DNA from: Azolla caroliniana | Lineage: Eukaryota > Plantae > Polypodiophyta | Direction: 5' to 3' | DNA length: 64,000 bases | Assembly (NCBI GenBank): GCA_043228905.1 | Contig: JBHGNT010000001.1 | Span: 33,232,001 to 33,296,000, forward strand | Shown here: positions 50,055 through 61,720 of the stretch, one piece after another | Layout of the letters: each line of letters begins with the position of its first letter | Numbering within the stretch: the first letter of the stretch is position 1 | Position numbers and translations under genes: made by a program | Notes under the pieces: generated by a model | Seen by the model: only the letters and a program-made list of their open reading frames with translations | Told to the model about the DNA's origin: nothing | The model's database searches: none

Positions 50055-53000
50055 ATGGAATTGCAGCTAAAGAAATCATGGGAGCCACCAATGGCTCAGT
50101 TAAAGAAGATTGGATTTGACACAATGACATCTGATGAAATAGTATTATGACCTAACCGTTTTTTCTTCCAGATTAGAAATATATATGTTCGCATGAAACT
50201 TAAATTCATTTTTTTATGTAGAAAGAATCATCTATATTTGAGATTCATGAGAATGTCCGGGGACTTAAAAGTTTATGTGACAATCGCTTGGGCCTTCCCA
50301 ATTCTGAATATAAATGTGCTACATGTAAGGTTTCAACTATGCAAGAAGAACATCGATGTCCTGGTACGTGACCTGTATTAAAAATGAGGCGAGAAACCTG
50401 TACATCGTTTAACTTGATTGAATATTAAATATCAGGGCATTTCGGGCATTTCTCATTGTCAGTTCCCATATACAATCCTCTACATATACAAACTCTTGTA
50501 CGAATTCTGAATAAAATATGTCCATCTTGTGGGAAGAAGAAGCCACACAAACAAAAAAAGCTCATAGAGGTGATTAAATTCTCCATCCAATGTTATGTCT
50601 TTTGATACTGGGTTTGGGAACTTGATGTTTGCATATACTGCATATGATATGGTTTCCATATAAATTATTCAACTTTGGATAAGAACGTTTTATAATAATA
50701 ATAAAGTATACATGGATGTCCTATCTTGTTTGTTATTTGATTCATCTAGCTTAAAACATTCGAATGTCGTTGTTTATGCTCAACCTTGTCTTGCTGGAAG
50801 CAACATACACATTGAATATTGAATTGATTTTGATTTATGCATTTTAATTGGTTGACCTATTCATTTTAATTTGAATATCTCAGTGAGCACTTGAATGAAT
50901 GATATGGATTTTATAGATTTTGACATTTCTTTCTTTTTGTAGCAAATGATAAAATTATCGCAAAACAAATACAACTCATGTGTTACAGTTTATCTAAGCT
51001 GTATAGCTGTTTCTACTTGATAATATTTTGTTATGAATCAAAGATAAAGATGATTTGCATGGACTTCAAACCTAAATATGTTATCAATGAGCTTCATGTT
51101 TTGAGTTAAAGAGAGAGATGATCTCCATGGACTTCATGTCATTACTCAAAGATAAATGTGCTTTCACTTGAATATTTCTACAGGGATGGATACAACCTGA
51201 GCCATCATACCCAAGAACTAAATGCAAATATTGTTTGGTGAGATAAAAGTAAACTTTGTACATGCATAAATTCCAGTTAGAGAAGATTAGAAACTCTAGT
51301 TTTTTGTTTGCAGAAAGAATCTGATATGACATACCCAGATATTAAATTTAAAATTGTCAAGAAGAGGTTGGGAACAGCAAAATTGGGAGATGTAGATGTT
51401 GATACTATAGAGATGCATGTTGATGGTCATAAACCTACATTCCCATCTGATTGTTGGAGCTTCATAGACAAAAGTATTGATGTTGTTGACAATCCTAGAT
51501 TGACAAGACCACTTCTACCTGCAGAGGTTTGTTTCTGGATTTGTTCTGTAAAACACACATTATATCTATGTTAAACTGATGACATTAGAGTACTGTTTTC
51601 ATGTTTTAGGCCATCCAAATACTGGAGAATGCATCAACCGAGGAGATTGCGAAAATGAGGTTGGCGTCAAGACCTGAAACATTAATTATGAATGATTTCC
51701 TCATCCCTCCAAACTGTTTGAGGTTTGTGGAGACGTCTAAAGCTGGAACTACTTCTAGAAAACTTGATCGTGTAAGTAGGAATATTATCTTTACGACATA
51801 GTTTTCATATAAACTCATCTGCGTTTATGTAGTTAAAGATGTTGAACATGTGAAAATTAGAATATAATAGATGTGTTTGCTGTCATTATCTTTTTAATAC
51901 ATTGTAGATCTGGATACTATATTAGATTTGCACGTTTTTTCTGTTTTCTACATTATATTTGTCATCTTATGCGTATTAGTCAATGAGTTCATTTGATTAG
52001 AATGCCTCTCATTCCAGGGCTCAAAAACTCAAATGCTTGCCAGTATCCTTTCATTAAACAATTCGATAAAGCCAATCTACAGTGACCTATACGTTGCTGA
52101 AAGAGATTCTATTGAACTTCAAGCTAGAGTTTTGAACTACTTCAAATCATTTAAAGTAAGTGTAAAAAGCTTTCTGATTTAGGTTGGAATGCGTATTATC
52201 TTTATGATATTATTGTGCTTATTAAAGATTCGTTCATGGAAGTTTTGCTACTGTAATGGTGACAATATTTGTGATAGAATATTATTGATCAGAGATTCAT
52301 GAGTGGAGAAAGTTTCCTAGATTCATGAGATGGGTCTAAAAATGAGTGCAATGTTCACAATATGCTCATGGAGGTGATATCATAACCCAATAATGGTTTA
52401 TTATTATTATTTATCAGTTGCGAATCCATCAAAGTTAAAGATTCTGATGATCCAATATGTAAACAATGTATAAAGATCATGATGACAAATTGAGATTCTT
52501 ACACAATGTATATTTGGCACTCGATTATTTTCTGTCTCTATTAAGCTTCTTTTAGTGTATTTCTTAGAAATATCAGGCTCAACTCAAACCAGGTGTTCAC
52601 CATGAATTTGATTTATAAGTGATTTTTTTTTATCTTTGAGAAGTTTGCGACCTACTATTTACACTAAGAAGAACATGTGAATTTTCCTTGTAGAAGAACA
52701 TAAGGGCCAAACCTAGCATGCATCAAAATGGCAATGCACTTCTAAACCTTTCCAGTTGGGTGATCATAATGGAGCACCATTTTGATGACTTGCAAGACGC
52801 AGAAAACTAATACTACAGGAACCCTCAATTCATTAACAAGAATCTATCAAAACCATTCTGTTTAGATTTGTGGAGTTTTGTTTTTTCTTTTCTTAATGAA
52901 TGCAATAAAAGTGATCAATAATTTCTGCATATCTTTTTAATGTCAATTTTCAAGCTGGTTAAAGCAGATTTTCTATTTCTTGTGTGGAAAAAATATTATT

Positions 53001-56000
53001 TTTAGATTTTTGCAAATGAGAAGGAGCAAGCTGCACATCAAAGATATAAAAGTGGAGTTAAAAGGTTCATGCAGACAATTCAAAGGGTAGGCCCAACATG
53101 GTTTAAGAAGAACATTCTCGGTAAACGTACACATTATTCTGCGATTGCAGTTGTTACAGGTGATCCAAACCTTGGATTGCAGCATTTGGCTATACCACAT
53201 ATTGTTGCAAAAAAGCTCAAAGTTCCAGTGACAGTAACTAGGTACAACCTAGAGAAATTAAAAGATGATATGTCTAAAAGTACGAATAAAATCTCCATCA
53301 TTAGAGATAAGAAATGTCGCATCTTCTCCGGTCCAAGCCATCCTGATCTGCAAATCGGGGATGTTATGGAGAGGCCACTGATTGATGGAGATCTAATTTT
53401 TGCTAATAGATCACCAACAATCCACATGCATTCCTTCATAGGATTTGAAGCAAAAATAGAAAATAGGCATAGTTTCGGAATAAATCCAACAATGTGCAGC
53501 CCCTTCTTGGCTGATTTTGATGGAGATATACTGCACATGTATGTTCCTCAATCCCTTGCAGCTAAGGCTGAGGTAACAGAGATGTTAAAGGTATCTAGGC
53601 AAATGAAGTCTCCTCAAGGAGGTCAATCATTATTAGGTATGTCAGAGGATGGTTTACTCTCAAGCTACTTGATGCTCCAAACATACTTCTGGATAGACAA
53701 ATACCATATGCAAATGCTGAACATGTATTGTGACTCAGGCATACCAATACCTGCTATTGTGAAATCTCCTGAGGGTACCCCATTATGGACAGGTTTGCAG
53801 CTTTTTAGCATGACATTACCCCCTCATATAAACTCAAAAGACTTAGTAATTTGTAATAGTGAGATTCTAGAGTGTCCTGCTGACAAAAAGCAGTTGATGA
53901 AAAATCCAAATGGAATCGTTCAGATCGTCTTAGATCAGGCAGGCCCAGAGGAAACTTCTTTATTCCTAATACGTATTCAGAATGTGCTCCATGAATGGCT
54001 TTCTGTGGTGGGTTTTAGTGTGGGATTGAAAGATCTACTTTTAGCAAAGGACTTCAAGTCTAGGAAAAGGCTGATGGGGGAAGTTGAGACTGGATTAGAG
54101 GAAGCAAGAGATTCGTCACGTAGAGCAGTAGAATTGTTCAGTATAAACAATCATATCGATATTTCTTGTGGAAAGGAAATGGTTAAGGAAAGTTCCATGG
54201 CATCCAAGAATAATGATGATATCGGCATAGAGGCATTCCAAACCGTGTTCCAGGATATACAAACTACAGTTGAAAGATATGGTTCAAGCTCAAATCCCAT
54301 GTTAGCCATGGTGAAATCAGGAAGTAAAGGGTCGTTACATAAACTGGTACAACAAAGTGCTTGTTTGGGTTTGCAATTATTGGATGGGAAAAGGTGGTTT
54401 CATGCAAAGGAACCAATGGAAGGATTTTGGGAGTATCCTGGGATAATAGAATCATCATTCTTAGATGGCCTAAAATATAAGGAATTCTTGAATCATGTAA
54501 TATCAAAACGATGTGTGCCAAAAGGATATGGCATAGAAGGTGCCGGGGAGCTCTTTAGGAGTTGCATGTTTGGAATGAGAGAGCTGTATGCTGCTTACGA
54601 TGGTTCAGTGCGAACACGAAATGGAAATCATATTGTTCAGTTTTGTTATGATAGTGACTCTCCAGGAGGAGAGGCTGTAGGTGCTTTGGCAGTAACTGCA
54701 ATCATAGAACCAACTTACAAGTATACTTTCGATCAAAGTGTATCAACCACAGTAAACCCTATCACACTGTTGAAGGTGAGAATCTTCAGAGGGTTAGTAT
54801 CATGTAGTCAGTAATTATGTAGAGTTCTTGAAATTTTATAATGTTTGTTTGTTCAGGAAACCCTGTCAAGGGGAACACACTCAAAACTCAAGCATCTTGA
54901 TCTTAAGTCTACTTTAAGAATATCCAGTCAAGCAGTGAGGAAGAAATCTGATTGGGAAAGAGCAGCTTTGAAAATTCAATGCCATCTTCAACGCATAACT
55001 CTTGGAAATATTCCTTTCACAACAATGATCGAGTAACATCTGTTACTTAAGAATCAACAAAATTCATAATTTGATGAATGCTATATGTAACTGATTTTTG
55101 AATTCTTTTACAGACATAACTTTGAAAGAGCTAACTCAACTAGTACCTCACTGAAGCAATCTCCTTGGTTAATCCATATTCATATTTCCCAGGTACATAC
55201 GGTTCTCTTGCTCTTTATTTCAGTATCAAGTCAGCTTCATTGTCCCTGAAAGCAGATATATATTTCTTGCTAAAAAATTCCTCTTCCTGCAAAAGTTGTT
55301 AGATTACTTGTTTATCACTATTTATTGCTGTGCAGGAAACATTAAGAAGGATAAACCTCAAAGTGGGAGATATTTTTTCAGCTTTTTGTGGACACTTTTC
55401 TGCACAAAAAACTGAAAATTTTCACTGCAGGTGATCTATGTTTCTCGTATTTCCATCATAGGATGATCTTTCTATCAAAGATTATTAGGTCTATATAGTA
55501 ATGCGAGAGCAGCCATTGACATAATGAACATTAGAAAAGCAGTTGTGGATGCAAAAGACAAATCCTCCTATCAAAGAGTGTCAGATCTATATGGTAATGC
55601 CAGAGGTAGATGAAGCAGCTGCAGAGGCATATGCATTGTGCACTTAAACCTTAAGGCTTATGCATATGCAACATTAATGAAAAAGGTTAAGAGTTAAGAA
55701 AGTATAGTTATAACTTAACAGAGAGATCAAGGGAAAACCCCCATGGCCTTTCCCTAGGAATTGCTGTGCTATGGAAATATTCATCATGGATCATCCAGTG
55801 ATGGATATTTTCATAGACCAGCAGTTTCGGTTCCAATAATCAGGGATCAAGCCTGATTGTGGGATATTCATGATTACATTTCATACAATTCAGTTTTAGG
55901 ATGCTGGAGGTGAAAGACGCGTTTTCTTTTGTTACTTGCATTGACGAGAAAACAGAAATAATTTTTGAGACGTTGATATATTTATAATTGTTATAATTAT

Positions 56001-59000
56001 CTCTCAGTAGGATTTACCGTGTGCTGTAGTAATGATGCTGTCTTACAACAATCTGAATGTGGTTCGTATCTTAACTAGAAGGTAAATTGCTGTCGTTTGA
56101 GAGGCCAAAATGGCCTATCAGACCCAAACAAGAGATTACAACTATTATCTCATGTTAAAAAAGTACAAACCTAATAAGTTACAAATAACTGCCTGGGGTA
56201 CCAGAGAATCTTGTTTGCCAATCACTTAACGTTCTGAATTTTGATGGACTGAGAAAGTTGGAGAGGCATAGGCATCATTCTGTAATGGGATGAATTGTGG
56301 GTTAAATGGTTTTTTGTACACTTCATTTCTTTATGCTGGTCTATGAAACAATGTTCTTATAGTCTTCAACGTGCACTATGTATTCAATGGTGTCTGCATA
56401 AATATTTTTCTTAACTATTTCTCTTTTTATGTAGTCACTAGTAATCTTTTCTTTGTAATAGTTTTCATGTAGTTTAGCTAGAGTGCTCATACATTGACCA
56501 ATTTCTGTTACAATATGCAGCGAAGATTGTGAATTTGGAAGTTCCAGTCAAAGTTGTCCTTGTATTCTTGTCCATTATGACTTTGTAGAGGTGGTGGAAG
56601 TAAACACCTTTGGTTATGAGCATCCAAATTTTCTGAAGTACTCTACAATCCCATCATTATCGAGATCAGTTCTTAGAGGTAACTCCCAAGTAGTTTTTCG
56701 AGGACACAATATCAAGAAGGGGATTTCTAACTTCTCTAAGCTATATTAGTACCAATTTTACTGAATATTTTGATGATTTTGTGTTTGAGAAAGCAAAGAT
56801 GGAATGGCATTTCAGAAAATGCAAAGCATGTTTTCAACATGAGAATAAGTATCCCTCAGAGAAATGGACATGTTCAAGTCCATCCTCTTCGTGATTGATA
56901 GATTTCAGATTCAGTGCTCTAGATATTTGAATCCAATAGCATGATGGGACGGACAACAGTATTATAGACTTCTTTTTTAAGTTGTTGGTAGAACATCAAA
57001 GTGATTACCCATTGGTAGCTACCAGAATACACCCAAAGTTTTCAAAAATTACTAGAATGTTCTATTTTTTTTAGTGAAAAACTCTCTCTGATGGAGGCAT
57101 GAATTTCATAGTGCAATTCTTGTAAACATTGGTTTTATGCCAGGTTCTCCGCAAATCAAGACTGCAACCATTCAGTGGGAGGATTGCAATAATGTATTAT
57201 GTAATACAGGAGATATACCAAAGCAGCCAATAGCTGCAGGTGCTAATAAAGATAACAAGCCTATGGGAGAACTTGTTGTTGAGGTATCTAGTGAAGCTTC
57301 CTCTGGAAATGGAACATGGAGAACTGTCAGAGAGAGCTGTTGTGGAATAATGGAGTTGGTTGATTGGCAAAGAAGTGGACCTTATAGCGTTTCCGAAGTT
57401 TGTAGCACAATGGGCATTGAAGCAGCTAGAAAACTTATTTATGAGGTAACAGACATCAAACATACACATATTATACTTATGTGATAATAATTCTTTTTTA
57501 TAAACATACCCCTGAATGTATTGACTAATATCTGTATGCAGAGACTTAAGCTTTCTGTTCAGAGTATAGGTGGAAAGGTCCATGGTAGACACCTTTCACT
57601 GATTGCTGATTATATGACCCATTCTGGGAAAGTACTGGCCCTCACTGCAACTGGTATGAAATTATGGAATAAAGAGATGGGAATTTCCGCACCTTTCACG
57701 GAAGGTGCCTTTGCGGTATGCATAGTTTTTCAATTTCTTTTCCTTTCCTTTTTCCATTTTGCTCTTTTTCATTATTTCCAGTTTTTGATCCATTTTGCAG
57801 CATGCATGGGTGACTTCTTTTTGTTCACACGAATTCAACTAATTAAATTTCCTTGCAGGACCCAAAACATGCCTTTTTTGATGCAGCAAGGAATCGGAAA
57901 ACTGAGGAGTTGTGTGGGTTGCTATCTTCAATTGTTTGGGGGAAAAGTGATGGTATGGGAGAAAATGATTTTTTTGACCTTATATGGTGCCAGGTAAGCT
58001 GTCATTGTCATATGACTTTATCAATATAGAGTAGCATTCTTGTATGCATGATATTATGTCACCTGTATTGAGATTCTTTTTTTCCCCGATATGTCACTGG
58101 GTTTCATTAAGGCCGGCTTTGATATATTTCAATAATGGACAACTTTAACATGCATATTATAATTTTCGTTTAACTTCTGTTTTCTTTTTTCTTTTTAAAT
58201 GGGAACTAGGCAAATGACACCAAAGCTCCAGACAAAGCTTATGCTGAGATAATCAGGAATAAAAAAACGCTTGAAAAAAATAGAGAGCAAGTCACTGAAA
58301 AGGATGAGTATGTAATAAGGAACAAAGAAAAGTTTCAAAACAATATAGAGCAAGTCACTGAAGGGGATGATGACGGCATAATGAAGAATAAAGGAACCTT
58401 TGAAGAAAATATAGTGCAAGACCTTGAAGAGGATGACATAATCAAAAATAAAGAAAGCTTTGAGAAAATAAATGCAGTGGAAGTTACTGAAGGGGTTGAC
58501 ATGTATTGTGATGATCTTTATATGGACATGGAATATCCCCCTGGATTTTCAAAGAGAGATGATGCTCATAAATCTATGGATATTGAAGAATTGCCCCCTG
58601 GATTTGAAGAGTGTGAAAGAACAAACATAGAACGTTTCAGTGAAGGACCATGTGATCCAATAAATCAAGTCATATCAGAACTTACAGTCTCAGTACAAAA
58701 CATCCTCCACCACAGGTATGGCTTAGATATATATGCTTTTAATAATCCATATGTTCATGTTTAAAATGAACCATACATATTCTCTAATATTAAACATTTT
58801 TTTTTTAGGTATTCTCTTGATTGTTAAGTTGTAAGAACATATGTTCATTGGTAATGTTGTAATGATGATTGATCTTCATAGATTTACACAACCCCTTTTT
58901 AAAAAAAAATTGTTTAGGTACTGTGATGGTCAATATCTTGAGGAGGAAGATATGGAGTTTATCAAACATAAGATCCTAATTTATCATCCTAACCTTGAGC

Positions 59001-59236
59001 AGAAAATTGGTTGTGGAATCACAGCAATAAGAGTATGATTTTGATTTCTCAAAAGCTAATTTTCTTGCTTGACATTTGAGTGTTCTCTTTAAGCTTCTCA
59101 AGCGGAATTTTTATTTGGAGGACAGATTGGACGAAATTTGAAGTTCCCGAAAACCCGGTGTTTTGTGTTGGTTCGAAAGGATGGATCATTAGAAGATTTT
59201 TCCTATCACAAATGCTTGCAAAATATCACAAACTGA
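50055..59236 (+). CDS. NRPD1: DNA-directed RNA polymerase IV largest subunit
   Basis: Exons approx. 50055-50141, 50222-50363, 50436-50569, 51184-51237, 51314-51526, 51610-51771, 52018-52155, 53006-54775, 54857-55032, 55114-55192, 55336-55430, 56521-56678, 57144-57445, 57542-57715, 57859-57993, 58210-58715, 58918-59032 and 59126-59236. Motifs: DNRLGLPN..CATC...CPGHFGH (clamp Zn site), CKYC...YPDIKF (Pol IV-specific), NPTMCSPFLADFDGD (metal A), KSGSKGSLHKLVQQS, YAAYDGSVR, a shortened foot/trigger-loop region, HLSLIADYMT and C-terminal DeCL/DUF3223 (YHPNLEQKIGCGI...RCFVLVRKDGSLEDFSYHKC). No WG/GW repeats. Confidence 0.92.
56090..56260 (-). mobile_element. Short LINE 3'-UTR copy in an NRPD1 intron
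   Basis: gaggccaaaatggcctatcagacccaaacaagagattaca matches 38337-38377; cttaacgttctgaattttgatggactga matches 36987-37015. Confidence 0.72.
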
Positions 59237-61024
59237 TTAACATTTGCAAAGCTATTCATGCCACATTGTCTCACCCATTGTTTGGGAGATCATTGGCTTC
59301 AATTATTTGGAAGCATTTTGTTAATATAACCATTATCTCTTGGTTGATCAACATTTTTACTTGTATCACTAGTGTGTACCTTAGTCTATTGCATTAACAG
59401 ACTGATTCCTGTCTCAATATATCGTTTGTAAGAACACATTTTTGAACATGAAGCGTGTGCCTTGGTTCACTGGATTTAAAAAGTTTGATTCCTATCTTGA
59501 TATATCGTTTTTAGGAAAAGTTTTTAGAACATGGTTTGAGGAAGTACATATCCCCTATTCGCTGCCGGAGGACCTTATTAATCACAACTTAGCAATGGTG
59601 CTACCTCTTAAGTTCCCTTTATATGTTTTTCCTTGCATAAGGAGGTACAATTTGTTTCTTGTATGATCATTATCATAGAGTAAATTGAAATTAATTTGAT
59701 GGAGTGATGGAGGTGAGGGAGCAGTGAGTGGAGTGGTATGAATAAAGAGAATGAGAAATCATGATTACACGGATTGGTAGTTTATGACTATCAAAGCCCA
59801 AAAAGAGAAGATTGTCCAAATCCTTACCATCAAGTAATCAACAATGATTCCGGGGAGTCAAAGAATTTCCCTAGTTCCACTTAGACTTGTTACCCATCAT
59901 ACATTTTTCAACATGGTTTCTTAAATTTGGTATACATTACATGACAATTTAAGAATAACGTGGCTCAAACAACTTTAACTCTAGGTTTACTAGCAATGCA
60001 TGCTTCAAATGGTTGCATCTCCCAAAAAGAAGAAATATGAATCCTACTTTTAAAGGCCATGTAACTTCTCTGTGTTCATTTCTTGGTGTTGTCTATTATT
60101 TGCCTGCCAAGTTGGAAAAGAATTATTTACCTTGACTCTTAGTATATGATATAACAATACATTTGAACTTTTTCAATTGAACAAAATTGGTGGTTTTTTT
60201 TAAATACTTTACAAAAGAAAGCTTCGAGGTAAATATATGTTAAAATAGGATTTTGTTTTCCAAGTAAACTTCAAAGAGTTGTGCTTTGAGTAAAGCTATT
60301 AATGTTCGTGTTGTTTCTTTCTTTCAATTACTTATCCTTGGACTAATCCTCAATGATATGGTTCAGAAAGCTTTAGAATAATCGTAGCATCAATCTACAA
60401 TAAAAGAAGACATTACATGCTAAAGCACAATGAGCAAACGTTGCCTTTAAAATCGATGTTTAGATTCATTGGACTAGCTTATCAGAATTTAACTTGTACT
60501 TTTTGGGTTTGATGTTTTGTTTTGTTCATTATAAAACTCTTTGGAGTTCATCTTGCAAACTTGTACTTCGTCACTAGAAAATTGGCTATACAACAGTGGC
60601 ACCAACATTTTCTTCCACTATAAAGAGTAAAAACCAAGTTCTTGTAACATTGCGTATTTCTCACAGTCAAAAGTGTAAAAAGGACAACATTGCACTTTAA
60701 CAATGGTAAAGAAATGAACCGTTGTGAACTGAAATTTCTTGTAAAAATGTTCATGTTTATCACCCAACAAAAGATGTCTTGAACAAGAATAACAAAATCC
60801 CTCATCAAGTATAATTTCACCACATGCCAAAGCATATTTGGACCAATGAATTGGAGAGTTAAACTGGAATGAATGTAAAGGAATGATAGAGATTCCAAAG
60901 AATCATTCAAAATCTTGAACATTTGTGTGTGTTTTTCTTTAGGTTCATTTTAGTGTTTCATTTTTGTTCCTATTTTAATAACATGGTAAAAAGAAAAGAG
61001 AGAGATTGACATGGGAAAGAGAAG

Positions 61025-61720
61025 TTGAGATCTCAATTCAATCGTTTATTTCGTTTGGGGATTGTACATTTTGACGATGTGGTTGATAATGAATCTCAAA
61101 GGTTGTCGGAATTTGAAGATGTGAAGCGATGGTTATGTATTCCTCCAAATTATGGATTTAATTGGGAAAAATTACAAGATATACTAATGTTGCACCTTGG
61201 GTGGATTGGCGGTTACAAGATGGTACACGCTTGTTACAGGTCACTACAAATATATTGTATCATCATGCAATGGCATCATTATCTTGGCTATCTCCTAACG
61301 CAAAGAAGTTGTGGAATGTATGTAAGTTGGATGCAAGGTGGTGGAAAATATTACAACGTGGTCGACATTCCTATCTACCGTTTCGTGCAAAGGTATTCAA
61401 ATGGAGATGGATCCCATTAGGTTCGACCTTAAAGAGATGAGGACTAGGGTCTAGCACTTGTTTCTTTTTCACCGTTCCATTAGAGGATAATACACATAGA
61501 TTCATTAAATGTCCTATAGTGTGTGCCATTTGGAAGTACTTATCGGACATTTGGCAAGTTTTAACTCACTGTTGTTTAGACCTCAACAATGGGTTTTTTC
61601 TTAATATGTCCAAAATGGTTCAAATGATAAGATAGAGATATTGTTCCAAATTTTACATTATTGGGGACTACAACACAATTGGAATATGGGTAATGCTTTC
61701 ATGTTTTATAATAGACATGG
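61025..61720 (+). mobile_element. Decayed L1-type LINE C-terminal region (zf-RVT-like)
   Basis: WWKILQ...LPFRAKVFKWRW..IPLGSTLKR*GLGSSTCFF.TVPLEDNTHRFIKCPIVCAIWKYL matches the zf-RVT pattern KxFxWR..LP...C..C...E...H.F..C.....W. It is interrupted by stops and frameshifts. Confidence 0.75.

Noticed and set aside
50055-59236. Calling the polymerase gene NRPE1 (Pol V) or NRPB1 (Pol II)
   Set aside because: It has no YSPTSPS heptads, no NADFDGD and no WG/GW repeats. CKYC-YP, SGSKG..KLVQ and YAAYDG favour NRPD1.
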